A stretch of DNA of 64,000 bases from Carcharhinus longimanus. Its lineage: Eukaryota. The position numbers were made by a program, and so were the translations under genes. The stretch lies in the NCBI GenBank assembly GCA_030264375.1, contig JASCQW010000027.1, forward strand, positions 26,760,105 through 26,824,104, given 5' to 3'. The notes below the pieces were generated by a model, which was not told the origin of the DNA, made no database searches, and saw nothing but the letters and a program-made list of their open reading frames with translations. Positions 12,241-25,484 of this stretch are shown here, piece by piece (the first letter of the stretch is position 1; each line of letters opens with the position of its first letter).

Positions 12241-13069
12241 TTTGAAAAATAAAAAGTTGCAGATGGGACAAAAATAGACTCAGAAGCAGCCATGGAATGA
12301 ATGAACACAAGCCAATTGCATCAATCATATTGTTGTGCATGAAAGCCACCTCAGGATGGACAACAAATGCTGGCCTTGCCAGTGATGTCTACAGCCCATG
12401 AAAGAATAAATGTATAAGTCTCATTTTAAACATGAATCCACAGATCAGGAATGCATATTATTATCTCATACACCAACCTAATCTCAAACATAAATGTACA
12501 TTTTTTGTGCTTGTTTTGATATCAAATGTGACTTCCATTTTTCTCCAGTGCGTGCTATCATTGCAACACTGGTTATAACCTCTCATTTGCCTATTTATCT
12601 GCCAAGATTAGTAAATGTAAATTGAACAAGAGCAGATTTGAAAAGGAGCATTGAAAAATAAAACAAACAAGTACATTGAATGTAAATAAGGAATTATTTA
12701 AAAGAGTTTTAATAGCTTCCATTATTTTCCCATTGGTGCCAGCAAGTTGAGATAGCCACACTACTGAAGCATTTTCTGGCTTTCTCTCATTTGAAAGCAA
12801 AACAAAGAACAAGATTTCAGTTGAATTGTGAAAGATCACTAATGGAAATTGGCTTTTCCTTTGTTGAAACTGGAAAATCTCAGACAACTCAGGGGCAGCT
12901 GAAAAGTACTGTTGGAAGACAATTTATAATGTAATCTATGTTAGGACATAGATTACATTAAATGGATGTAATTCAAGATATTTTTTCTCTTTTTTTTAGA
13001 AATGCAGATGAAGCAGTGAATAATGCAGAACACCATCAAAGCTGTAAGGAATAAAAGAGAATATAAGGT

Positions 13070-13757
13070 GGAAGAAGAAGATTCGGTGACACCACCTCCT
13101 CCACAATAATCCTCAAAACCGGTGTCCCATAAGGCTGTGCTCTCAGCCCCTTACTATACTCTTTATGCACCTATGAGTGTGTAACCAAATTCCCCTCTAA
13201 CTCAATTTTCAAGTTTGCTGATGATACCACCATAGTGGGATGGATGTCAAACAATAAAATGGAGTACAGGAAAGAGATAGAGGATCTGGTGAATTGGCAC
13301 GACAACAATAATCTCTCCCTTAATGTCAACAAAATGATCATGGACTTTAGAAAGCGTAGTGGAGGACATGCCCTTGTCTGCATCAACGGGGATGAAGTGG
13401 AAATGATCGAGAGCTTCAAGTTTCTAGGTGTCCAGATCACCAACAACCTGTCCTGGTCCCTCCACGCCGATACTATAGTTAAGAAAGCCCACCAATGTCT
13501 CTACTTTCTCAACAGGCTAAAGAAATTTGGCATGACCACTATGATTCTCACCAACTTTTACAGATGCACCATAGAAAGCATTCTTTCTGGTTGTATCACA
13601 GCTTGATATGCCCCTGCTCTGTCCAAGACCCCAAGAAACTACAAAGGGTCGTGAACGAAGCCCAGTCCATCACGCAAACTGCCTTCCCATCCATTGATTC
13701 TTTACATTTCTCACTGCATTGGAAAAGCAGCCAGCAAAATCAAGGATCCCACTCACC
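13070..13757 (+). mobile_element. Rex1/Babar-clade LINE RT fragment
   Basis: GCALSPLLYSLY, KFADDTTIVG, NNNLSLNVNK, FKFLGVQITNNLSW, LYFL.RLKKFG, FYRCTIESILSGCITA. Confidence 0.88.
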
Positions 13758-13833
13758 ATAAGAACATAAGAACATAAGAAATAGGAGCAGGAGTAGGCCA
13801 ACTAGCCCTTCGAGCCTGCCCCGCCATTCAATA
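13757..13833 (-). mobile_element. Young CR1/HER1 3' tail running into a gap
   Basis: (cataagaa)3 ataggagcaggagtaggcca..ccttcgagcctgccccgccattcaata. Confidence 0.85.
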
Positions 13834-13933
13834 NNNNNNNNNNNNNNNNNNNNNNNNNNNNNNNNNNNNNNNNNNNNNNNNNNNNNNNNNNNNNNNNNNN
13901 NNNNNNNNNNNNNNNNNNNNNNNNNNNNNNNNN

Positions 13934-14565
13934 CAGCATTTCCGAAAGCTTGTGGGTTTACTATCAAATAAACTGGTTGGACTTTAACCCGGTGTTGTGA
14001 GACTTCTCACTGTGTCTCACAGTGCCAGGGACCCGGGTTTGGCTCGAGTCATTGTCTGCGCAGAGTCTGTGAGATCTCCCCGTGTCTGCGTGGATTTCCT
14101 CTGTGATTTGATAGCGTGGACTACCAAATAAACTTGTTGGGCTTTAACGTGGTGTTGTGAGACTTCTTACTGGATTTCCTCCACAGTAGGAAAGACATGC
14201 TGGTTAGGTGTATTGGCCATGCTAAATTCTCCCTCAGTGTACCTGAACAGGTGCCGAATGTGTGGCAACTAGGGGGATTTTCACAGTAACTTATCTCTGG
14301 AATTCTCTGCCCATTGAAGTGGTGGAGGCTACCTCAATGAATATGTTTAAATCATGGGTAGATAGATTTCTGATTGATAAGGGAATTAAGGGTTATGGGG
14401 AGCAGGCGGGTAATTGGAACTGATCCACTTCAGATCAGCCATGATCTTATTGAATGGCGGGGCATGCTCAAAGGGTTAGATGGCCTACTTCTGCTCCTAT
14501 TTCTTATGTTCTTCATTGCAGTGTTAATGTAAACGTACTTGTGACACCAATAAATAAATTTTAAA
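13934..14565 (+). mobile_element. Nested cluster: Penelope end, type-B V-SINE, second Penelope fragment (about 14120-14172) and CR1 3' end (about 14292-14513)
   Basis: The SINE tail tttcacagtaactt / cattgcagtgttaatgt is split by the CR1 insertion, and the V-domain is split by a Penelope fragment. Confidence 0.8.
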
Positions 14566-17500
14566 TGCTCCCATTTCCTTTTCCATAGCTTCTCAGACTT
14601 GGACAGCTGTTTTTTTCCAAAAAAACATGCACAGATATTTGCGTATTTTTAAACCATAAAGTTTGTCCACATCTTGCTGCATAACTAGATTTCTATTAGG
14701 TAAAATAACATGCCAAAGGAACTACAATTGATTTCCAGATGGGCAAAAGTCTTCAGCCATTCATAGTGAAGTACTATCACTATACCAGTCTAAAGCAGTT
14801 TCAGTTGCAAGCCAGCAATCTGACCCCAGAACTCAACTTAATCTAAGCAACGTGACACCCTTTCAAAAAGGGTTTCAGACCCCCTGGGCATTTTGCAAAA
14901 ACTACCGCCTTTTTTTTCTCCCAAATGTTACAAGAAAATTGATACTTTTTCACTTATACTTTAAAAACATTTTCTAAGTTTAGCGAATTGGGAAACATCT
15001 TTCCATGCACAGGCTGTGTCCCTGTGCAGGGAATAGCAGTATAACTCAAGTTATTCCCTTCTGCGCTTTGCAATCTGCATCTAAAAGCAGCTTAAAGTTA
15101 GTGCCCCATTTGAAACTCTTTCAGAGCATTTGGCCAGATTTTTCTCTCCAAAATTGTATGATTTTAAGAGATAACCAAGTTCAGTCATCACACAACCACC
15201 ACCGAATGGTTTGTGGCTACTTGAATTGCTTTCAAGTTAACTCATTTTTGGGAGACGGTTCCTCAAAATAGTAACTTCACAATCACAATTTTTGGTTTAA
15301 AATGCATACTCTTCTTGTGTGTCATCGATGGCTTCGTCTTGTTAAGTCTCCATCCCAGAGGGAGAGTCTTCTCCATCCAACTATTTCCATCACTCCAGAA
15401 CTCTTCTGGTAAGATTATAAGGCTTATTTACGTGTTGCAAAATAAAAAAGGGGCAAGTTGCAAAGAATCTGTGCAAATCAGGATCCCAATTATTTTTAGT
15501 CAATAGATAACTGGCAAATTACATGCAGTTATGCCTTTTCTAAAGGAAAAAAGACAGCAGCTAGTTTTATCCATCTGTGATCTTTGGAGAGTAACTGCGG
15601 TTACATTTCATTTCGTCTGAACATATTGAAAAATTCAGAAGGAAATTGCAGAATGTCAACTCAACCCCCTGATTCACCCTCAACCTATGTGTGACTCACT
15701 GAAAGGGAAGTCATGTGATCAAACCAGTGAATGTGATTGAGAACAGTGTTGCTGGCTTTTTTTTTTGAAAAAAAACCTTTCTGCGGAAGAAACAAAAGCC
15801 TGGTATTAACTGGCCACAGCCATTCAAGGGTGGGTCTGAATGGCAAATTTTAAAAAGCCCCAATAATGGGCTGAGGTTAATCTTAATGGGGGCCCACTTT
15901 AACCTTTTGAATGCATCAAAAATGCGAGAACTGCATCTTGCCCCAGGACCATTGCAAGGCTACCTCCATTCACTGCGGAGATTTGTGTTTTGCAGCTAAA
16001 TTCCAACGGGAAATGATTCTAGCGTGGTATTGTGTTGCAGCATTTGCAACGGCGGCACTCTCACAATTTGGAACACCTCGTTTTAAACAGTTAACTGTGG
16101 CTTGACGGTAACCTCCAGCTTAAAGAAACTGCCCCTCCCCCATCCCTGAACTGTATTGCACTGCAAGCTTCTTAAATAAATAGGAGTATCGGGTGACCAG
16201 GGTGATGGGTGGTCTTAAGGGCCGCAGCCAAAGCTGCACTATGTTTGGACCAAGGAGATAAGAACAAAGTATTGGCTGGATTCTGATCAGAGACAAACCA
16301 GGCGAGTGGGGGTTGGGTTGGGGCAAATGATTGGATTTAAAAAGAAAATCCATAATCAATTTAACCAATTAACTACACACAATGAAAATAAAAACAGGAC
16401 ATATTGGAGGTGCACAATATTCAAACGGAGGCAAGTTCCAGTGTCTGCTCCTCTTTGCTTCAGCTATTTTCCACATGTTGTATTTACTTCCATCTTTCTG
16501 TTCGAGTCCCATCCAAATGACCACAGGAGAGCCACTTGTAAATAATTCAGAAACAAATTAATGCGTACATAAAAGCCCACTCTGTAGATTTTTGTGAAGC
16601 TCTAACTGTGGCTGGAGTACTTAATAATATTGGTCTCATCTCCTTACCCACATTTCCACCGCCCACCCCCCCCCCATCACTTGAGAATTATGGATCAGCA
16701 CTCTGTATATTAGTCATTCATGAGCGGGCAGTTAATTAAGGTAGCAAAGGTCAAGTAGAATTCAGGTTTTTAATGTAGCAAACTGGGACTATTAATAGGC
16801 AAATAAAATTAAAATAACAGTTGATGGTCACAGAAGGCGCTTGGGCAAGGCAACAGATTTTTTTTTTAAAAAGCCAGCAAAATCGACGGGGAATGCAAAC
16901 CCGTTGCAATATTTTGGAAAATTCCAAATTCCTGTGTAATGGAAGCTGAATGATTTCTGTGGTCACCTTAAAANNNNNNNNNNAACAGCGACTCTGGCAA
17001 TGATTTTCCCTGGCCTCCAGACCCTTCGTTTGATGAAGGCAGCTTGCAACCTGATCCCAGAGGGTGCAAAAAAAATGTTTCTTCGTTCAGGAGGTACTCT
17101 TCCACCCCCCCACCCCCCCCAAACCCAGTCGAAGAGCGAAGAGGAAATAATTATAAAGGGGTGGACATGAGACCAAACCACCAATAGTTAACTCCTCATG
17201 CTGGAGCTTGATCTTTGGACAAAATAGTTCTCGCAGTTAAAAACCACATTTTTTCCTCTGTTACCCACAATTGTACGTCTCAATTTATTTTTAATTACTA
17301 ACTCAAAAGTTTATGCAATTGTAAGCGGGGAAGGGTTTCGCAGTGAGGAAATCGCCTTTAGATTTGGAGGCAGGTAAGATCAGACAGACTTATTCCCCCC
17401 TGCCATGTGGAAGGTACTTTCCTAAGTATTCTTGCAGAGGTGCTCGTCAAAGAAAAGATACGTGAATTAGCATCATATATATTTCTACGGTTTACGATAG

Positions 17501-17599
17501 AAATTCACATCTTAAATGGCTGCACTGATATATACACATTGCAAGTTTTGTTGAGAACTTTCTTCAAAATTTGAATGGTACAATCCTGCCGCAACCAGG

Positions 17600-17850
17600 A
17601 ACACAAAGGAACTGGAGCAGGCCATTCAGTCCCTCCCGCGTCTGTTCTACCATTCTTTTATATCCATTCTTCAACCTTGTCCTTTACCCAACAGAAATCT
17701 ACCAACGTCAATTTCAATTGACCCAGCATCCACGGGGAGAAAGTTTCAGAGTTCTGCTAGCCTTTTGAGTGGAAAAGTGTTTCCTGATTTCAGCCGTGAA
17801 AGAGTGGAGCTCTCGTTTGTAAACATCCTGCCCTCAATTCTGGATCTCAC
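17600..17850 (-). mobile_element. CR1 LINE 3' fragment
   Basis: ggagcaggccattcagtccctc..ttgacccagcatccac..aagtgtttcctgatttca. Confidence 0.65.
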
Positions 17851-18059
17851 CACCGGAGGAAATGGATAGGTCCACTTTATCCATCGGATTGAATCTTTTT
17901 AAAATCATTTTAAGTACATCGCCTAGATTGTTAGTTAAAATAGGTGCTTATTATGTCAGAATTCAAAACCCAAATTAAGTAAAAGGAACGCAGCAAGCTG
18001 AATCTTTTGGAACACATCATAAAATGCATCTTAAACAGAATAACAATGCTTTAATTCTA

Positions 18060-18185
18060 TAACTGTAAAACTACATTCTGCACCCTCACCTTCTCCATGT
18101 ACAATATGCTTCGTATAGCGCGCAAGAAACAACGCTTTTTAATGTATATCGATACATGTGACATTTATTATTGTCAAATCAAATG
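18060..18185 (+). mobile_element. Rex1-type LINE 3' tail
   Basis: ctacattctgcac..gtatagcgcgcaagaaacaa..tacatgtgaca..tcaaatcaaat; matches 55080-55195. Confidence 0.75.
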
Positions 18186-19359
18186 ATCTTTTTGGAGTCT
18201 TTCCACCTAAGTCCATCTCCATTGCTTTTCTCTTCAGTTATGTGTTCAGCTCTCCTACTTATAGCTGTTGAATGTAGATTAATATAAATCCATTTATGTT
18301 AAGTTACCTCAGAAAAGGCCAGGTTTATGTTTTTACCATATTTAATGATATATTGATTTAACGATATATTGATTTAACTTCCAATTGTAGGTTTACAACG
18401 ATGTTTTGTTCAAATTAATCTTCCATTGCTATGTAAAGGAGAGCTTGTAAATATCACGTCCTGGAAGACTCTAAAGGCCGGTGTTAATTCTAGCGTCTGA
18501 CTGACAAACACATAAGAGTATGTACCATTTTTTACCTGCCCAATCTCACTCAATTTCTAGAGGCTGGTTTCTAAGTAACAACAATCAAGGCTGGGAAGTA
18601 GGTTTCCTGCCTGCCTCGCTTGACTAGACAAGTTACAAGGTTTGACAAAAACAAAAGAAGTGAATGGGGGGAAAAAGATATCAAAAAAGGTTTCCCTCAA
18701 AAACACAATTTGAAAAGCCAAAAAGTAAAAACAGAACCCACAGCAATTTTCTAAGCTTTAAGATAGAGTGACTAAGAAAAAAAAAATTAAAAATTAACTT
18801 GCATTGATAAATTTGCTTATCAAAATTACTTTAAACATGCAGTATGCAGCCAAGTAACTTTTAACACATTTTTAGAACTACTAATGTCACAGAGTCTTAA
18901 TTATGAATGTAAAGCATTTTTCACCTTCATGTTAATTCTTGCATTGAGAAAGGCACAATAACAAAGCTTTTTTGCTAGAATTACTGACAGATTTTTAATT
19001 TTCTAACTCTCACTTTATCTAGTAGGAGCTAGGCTAGGAAATAACACAAATAAAACACAATTAAGTGGTTTTCTGAAAGCAATTACCCAGAACATAAGAA
19101 AACACAATTAGATATTTTTGTTCATATCCTGAGATAGGAATATCAGATCTATGAAATGACCCTTTGAAACCTTTCAAAACACTGGAACCAATAATGCATG
19201 TATTACCAATGGACCATATTCACTGATAATTAAGGGGAAAAAATCCACACATTTGTTAAAATAAACCCTTTTTTTTCAAAATGACTGGCACTCACTGTAT
19301 CTATCCTGGATTTGAAGAATTTTCAATGTATTATGAGAAATAAGGGCTGTTACTGTCCA

Positions 19360-19600
19360 CAACAACGATTTATATGGAGTCTTTATTGTAATTAAACTTC
19401 CTCAAGACACTTCATTGAGGTTTTATAAAGCAAGTTATGACACTGGGCTGCAGAGCTTTGAACCCAAGCAGTTAAAGGCACAGCCACCAATGGCAGAATG
19501 ATTAAAATGCTCAAGGAACCAGAATTAGAGAAACATCAATATCTCAGAAGGTTGTAATTCTTCAGGATATTACAGAAATAGGGAGGGGCCAGGAAATATT
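19360..19600 (-). mobile_element. L2-like LINE 3' fragment
   Basis: aaggcacagccaccaatgg..gctcaag..ccagaatt.gag..ttacaga.atagggaggggc. Confidence 0.55.
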
Positions 19601-20289
19601 GGAAATTTCGGATTCAGTGCACCCTGGCACAGGAAATAAGGTTAAGTACTTTCTAGGCCTGCGTAACAAAAGGTGCACTTCAAAGCTATATGAAGCACTT
19701 TGACTGCAAGTGCAAGTATTTCTTTCTTGCTTACAACAAATGAAGATAGCAGGTAGCGGCTATTTCCCCACATACCTTTGAATATTAAAATTAGAGTTGC
19801 AAATTATCCAAGAAAGCAAAAATTAAAGTTGAAAGAGTCTTTCATCTGGAGCTGATTTTATTTATATCATCAGTATGTCATTATTTCCTAAATATAATGG
19901 AGTTGATACACAATGGATAATGAAGACCAGTTTAGGTTAACTAAGTTACATAATGAAGCACAACCTTTTGAAAGACTAATGATAATAAAATGTCTTCACC
20001 GTTAGGCTTTCGTTGAATGTTGCGCAATTTTAATATTTAAACTGGACCTTTTAAACCTGCTCATTTTCTAAGTGAGAGCAACAGGTTATGTTGAACAGTA
20101 GGGATTGGGTAAGAAATGATGCTGACTAGCTGGCTGTCCCATGAATGAATTAACAAAACATTTCTTCACCTCTCCCCACCTTCCACTCAGATGCAAGTTT
20201 TTTTTTCCCTGCTTGAAATCATATTGTCAGCATTGCATTTTTCCAAAGTTGATTTGAATTTGGAGGATATTTCATCATGGAACAGATTT

Positions 20290-20510
20290 TCTCTAACTGG
20301 GTATGTCTGAGATACAGAGGAAATCATGGAGAGCTTATAATCGACAGGATCAGGCTCAGCTGTGATGCTCCTTGTAGCCAAACAGCCCATCTGCACTCAC
20401 ATGAGTACTGACTACACTAGGTACTGAAGGGTTACTGGTGCCGGTGGAATAAAAGAGCAGCAAATCAGTGAACACTTTGAAGAGAGGACTGGGGTGTGGA
20501 AAATAAGCAT
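20290..20510 (+). mobile_element. Ancient tRNA-SINE (AmnSINE2-like)
   Basis: gacaggatcaggctcagctgtgatgctcc..aaacagcc..aggtactgaagggttactggtgcc; related copies at 21.6, 22.15, 26.6, 33.15, 37.3, 39.65, 50.5, 59.3 and 60.35 kb. Confidence 0.55.
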
Positions 20511-20619
20511 AAAAAAAAATTTTAAAATTAAAATTCTTTAAAAAGGTCAGCTAAGATTTTATTATCCATATATTAAAATGCTCAACAGCAACTGTTATTA
20601 ATTTGACTCATTGATACTA

Positions 20620-20850
20620 AAAAAGAACTTGCAATTATAGAGCAGCTTTCATAATCTCAGTGTGTCTGGAAACTCTGTAAACTCAAAGAACTACTGTAGT
20701 AGACAATACACAGGAACTCTGAGTATCCATTTGAGAGAATAGATGGGGCTCTGACACGCAACACCTTATCTGAATGTTTGCAGCACCAACAATGCAGCAT
20801 TCCCTTTGTACTGTTTTGTAATATCAGCCTAGATTTTTCAGCTCAAGTTC
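20620..20850 (-). mobile_element. DeuSINE-like SINE
   Basis: aagaacttgca.ttata.agc..tttcat; aatgcagcattccc..gtactg..tcagcctagatt..gctcaagt. Confidence 0.6.
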
Positions 20851-21629
20851 TGCCACCTATTCATCATTGCTGCAGAATTATCTGTTGATTCTTGTCCTTT
20901 TTGACAGAGAATTTCCATAAATATGTAACAAATCGGATAGAAATGTGTTAAAAAGGGCTTACATCAAGACATGATCAGCTGACCTGCATTCATAAAGTGT
21001 GTGCAACTGGCAACAAACGTGTTTCAAATTTAACAGGACTTCAATATAAAAGTTATCAAATCTAACATTAATATTGCTGTGCAGGTAATATGAAAATTGT
21101 ATGTTGCACACTCCTTATCTGGGCATTTTCGGTGCAATTTTTGCGCTTTCTGCCACATACTACCACCACTAGATGGAGTTTAATAAGCTCTAGATTCTCA
21201 TATCTACCTGTGGCATCAGTGATTCAAGCACTTGAAGGGAAATTATCTTCAAGTCCATTTGCCACAGAAAGTCAGGATAAAAATAAAGACTTTGAATGTT
21301 AAGTTGACACGCTACTAATTCCACACAGCTGCTTGGCCCTAGTTTCTTTTCTCTTTCAGATTAATGATGTTTTTAAGGACCCTTTGCTAATTCACGATCC
21401 GATCCATCATTTTAGTATCTGGTATCAGAACTCGATGGATTAAAATACAAGTTTGAAGTAACTTTTTTTTCAAAGACAGATATGGTAAAGGTTTATTGTT
21501 AATTTCAAGAAATCACTACAGTATGCATGTTAAATATCGATTGATGAATAATATTGGGTAAATTATATGAACTAAAATGTGAAAGTAGTGAAATTACCAT
21601 TGTTCAAAATAACAATCACCAGCACTTCA

Positions 21630-21875
21630 ATGGATCGTAAGCAGTTGGGCGCAAGTATCAGAAAGAACCCAGGTTTGACTCCTGGTCTTGTTAGGAGATG
21701 GGAAGCAAAAATAAAAGAGTCTGTTTTCCTGTTCCTTGTTGCAATTGGAAGCACATTTGTGTGAACATCAGTCAAAAGGTCAGATAATATCCCACCAACA
21801 CTCATTGTCTGAGCTCACTCTGGCTAATTCTGAATGATACAGAAACACACGCCATCTTTGGAAGACATCACAAAG
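21630..21875 (+). mobile_element. Ancient tRNA-SINE (AmnSINE2-like) with head
   Basis: B-box-like cccaggtttgactcctggtct; ccaacactcattgtct.agctcac. Confidence 0.5.
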
Positions 21876-21879
21876 AGCA

Positions 21880-22145
21880 AAGAAAAGTATACAACACAGG
21901 AACAGGCCCTTCAGCCCTCCAAGAATGTGCCGATGATTATGTCCTAACTAAACTTCAAAAAACACCTTCCATCCTTAATCAATCTGTATCCTTTTTTTTA
22001 CTTCCTCAGTCATATACCATTCAGATGTGTCTCAAATGTTGCTAATGTGCCCGCTTCTAGCACCTCCTGTGGCAGCCCATTCCAGGCACTCACCACTGTG
22101 TGTAAAAAAACTTCCCCGCATATCTCTTAAAACGTTCTCCCTCTC
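21880..22145 (-). mobile_element. CR1 LINE 3' fragment
   Basis: cacaggaacaggcccttcagccc..cattccaggcactcaccact..gtaaaaaaacttccccgca. Confidence 0.8.
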
Positions 22146-22457
22146 ACAGCAAGACTGATCCTCCCCTTGGCATTAGGATGAGATTGGTCTGGCTGGAATC
22201 AGGCAATTCCTATCTGATCTCTCTCAAGACCTTTTTAGTCTGGATAGGTCAGATATTTACTACCTTTACCATTTGGGAAACAAGCAATCGTATTGGTGTG
22301 AAAAAGTTAAATCTTTTGTGAACAGTTGCCACAGTCCCAAGGCTGTAGTTAGGTCAGATTGCTGATTCTTTTTGGAAGGGACTGTATTGTACAAGACTGT
22401 ATTGTACACTAAATCTAGCTATTGGGGAGACCATCAAATTTGAATAGAATTCACCAA

Positions 22458-22640
22458 TTCATAGAATCCCCACAGTGCAGGAGGAGGCCATTCAGCTCAT
22501 CGAGTCTGCACCAACTCACTGAAAGAGTATCTTACCCAAGCCCACCCCTGTCTGACCCTTGTAACCCCCTGCATTTACCATGGCCAATCCACTTAACTTG
22601 CACATCTTTGGACACTTGGACAATTTGGCACGGCCTATTT
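22458..22640 (-). mobile_element. HE1-type SINE 3' half
   Basis: catagaatccccacagtgcaggaggaggccattc..catggccaatccac.taac.tgcacatctttgga. Confidence 0.8.
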
Positions 22641-23600
22641 ATAGAACATAGAAAACAGAACAGTACAGGTCCTTCGGCCCTTGATGTTGTGTCATGCTAT
22701 GTCCAAACCCAAGATATCCCACTCCTTATCATTCTCCCTATCCCACTCCTTATCATTCTGGTGTGCTCCATGTGCCTGTCCAATAACTGTTTGAAAGTTC
22801 TTGAAGTGTCCGACTCCACTATCACAGCAGGCAGTGTATTCCACACCCCAATCACTTTCTGAGTAAAGAATCTGCCTCAGACATCCCTCCTACATCTCCC
22901 ACCATGAACCTTATAGTTATGCCCCCTAGTAACAACTACATCCACCCGAGGAAATTGTCTCTGCACGTCCACTCTATCTACCCCTCTCTTCATCTTATAA
23001 ACCTCTATTAGGTCACCTCTCATCCTCCTCCGCTCTAAAGAGAAAAGCCCCAGCTCCCTCAACCTTTCCTCAGAAGACCTACCCTCCAAACCAGGCAGCA
23101 TCCTGGTAATTCTCCTCTGCACTCTCTTCAATGCTTCCAAATCCTTCTTATAGTGAGGTGGCCAGAACCGAACACAATATTCCAAATGTGGTCTCAAATT
23201 TATGCAACCTGGCCTCATAACTTCAAGACTTGGTATCATTCTGGTGCACATCTCCACTATTCCCCTTCCAAGGCCAACTTATCATCCCTAAGATATGATG
23301 CCCAAAACTAAATTTAGTCCAATTCCAAAATATCTCAATCATTTTGAAAAAAAGGAAAATATCCCATTAGCCTTTTTGATTATTGTTATATCTGAACACC
23401 AGCTTTCAGTGATGTGTATATCTTGACCACAAAGCTCTCTGCTCCTCCAAAGGTCCCAAGTCTTTCACCATTTGGATCCAAGGAAGCCAAATAAGAAAAC
23501 CTTTCACTTCCCCAGATTGAAAGTCACCTGCCAAGGATTGAGTCAGTCACCCTAGTCTGCCTATACCATTTTAGAACTTCCTGCTCCCAGCCTGCGCCTA
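22640..23600 (-). mobile_element. CR1 LINE ORF2 C-terminal fragments (younger 22640-23200, older 23215-23600)
   Basis: RPHLEYCVRFWPPHYKKD..RVQRRITRMLPGL..LGLFSLERRRMRGDLIEVYK. Confidence 0.9.
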
Positions 23601-24439
23601 TCAATAGAGCTATTTAAACTAGCTGATTTTAACATTGGGATCAAAAAGTCACCTGCACCCAAAAAACAGGAGCAGCCTGTGCTGCAGATTCTCCTCTTTC
23701 AGTATTAGTTACAAGTAACATCAACATGCATCAACAAGCACTCAAGAGTGCTTCCTGCACATTTTTGACATCATGTTGTAGGAAGCCACTGTGGCTATTT
23801 GTGGAAACTTTATTTTTAACCAACCTTTATAACAGATGAGTGCATGACAGTACTGACATTCAAGGTGGGATGTACAGTGCAGATTTAATTTAATAACTGA
23901 CATTTTTAAATTAAAATTTTTAAATATCCCTTTTAAAAGGAGATAAGTTTGGATTGGTCACAGAAATTGTGAAAATAAATTGATATCAGGGAAAGAAGTA
24001 AAATTGCAATGATTCTAGGTTTAAGGTACAGGAGCTGGATACACTTTGAAGATTGTACACACTACCTTCTTTAGCACTTTCATGGCAAATATCTTTCCAG
24101 TATACGCTCCTGATACTTTTCTTACTTGGAAAACCTGCAAACGAGACAAACGTTTCATACTTTACTTTTGAAAAGCACATCTAATCCAGAATGCCAAAGT
24201 ATCAAATCAATTCCCATTATGTAGACTCCTCATTTCAGCAGACATGAGAGACAGCAAGTATGTGGGAGAGAAAAGGGCTACTTTTTATTTTCAACTACTT
24301 TTATCTCAATGAAGTATTAAAAAAAATCTAGCTGGAAACACTTGAGCTGAAATTACTTCAGATCTCCAAACTCACCAGAATGCAGCCCAACTGATGTTGG
24401 TACACAGCTCGAGGCAACCCAGATATTTTTTGGTTTACT

Positions 24440-25050
24440 TTATTCATTCATGAGATGTGGGTGTCATGGGCAAGGCCAGCATTTATGGCCCATCCCGACC
24501 TTTCCAATTATTAGAGCCTGTTTGAATCAACGCAGTCTCATGTGGTGAAAGCATTCACACAGCGCTATCATTAAAGAATTCCAAGATTTTGACCCAATGA
24601 TGATGAAGGAACAGCGATATATTTCCAAGCCAAGGTGTGGTACGACTTGGAAGTGAACTGGGAGATAATGATGTTCCCTTGTGCCTGCGGTCCTTGTCTT
24701 TCCAGGTGGTAAAGTTCACAGGCTTGGAAGATGATGTCTGAGAAATTTTGTCAGTTGCTGCAGTGAATCTTGTAGATAATACACAATGCAGCCATGCTGT
24801 TAGTAGTGGAGGGAATGCACTTTTAAGGTGATGGATGAGGTACTGATTAAGTGGGTTCATTTATCTTGATCCTAATATTGTTGGAGCTGCACTAAGCCAG
24901 GCAAGTGGAGAGTATTCCGTCATAACCCTGACATGTAGATGGTGTTTGGGAAGAGTCAGTCACTGCAGAATGCCCAACCTCCGAACAGCTCTTACAGCCA
25001 CAGTACTTACGTGATTGATCTGGTTAAGTTTCTGGTTAATCGTAACCCAC
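24440..25050 (-). mobile_element. Second CR1-clade LINE family, 3' part
   Basis: Tail ttcattcatgagatgtggg..ggccagcatttat.gcccatccc; gaattccaagattttgaccca..gaaggaacagcgatat; a further fragment lies at about 26130-26420. Confidence 0.7.
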
Positions 25051-25054
25051 AAGA

Positions 25055-25345
25055 TAGGGATGAATTGCTCAATGGCAGAAAGGTTAAAAACCAGTGGACA
25101 CCAATTTAAGGTGATTGCTCACTGATTCTTTTGCAAAATTTTGTTATGCAGCAAATGTGAGGACCTGGAATGGCTAACAGTGTTATGAACGCATATTCAA
25201 TTGTGACTTTCAAAAAGGAATTTGATAATTATCTGAACAGGAATAAACTGTAGGGCTACAGGGAAGAGGACGATGAATGGGATCTATTGAATACCTCTTA
25301 CAGCAGGCATAAACATGACAGGGAAAATGACTTCCTCTATACTGG
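25055..25345 (+). mobile_element. CR1 LINE 3' fragment
   Basis: aatttaaggtgattg..ttcaaaaaggaatttgataa..cattctatgattct. Confidence 0.7.
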
Positions 25346-25484
25346 TTATCATTCTATGATTCTGCATTGATGATGTATGTTCCAATAACTATAATACTAT
25401 TGGATGTAAAGTGAATGTGGTTAAACTCTCGCCTGCTGCAGATGGTTATGGCCTGATACTTGGGTGCCACAAACCTCTTAAAAT

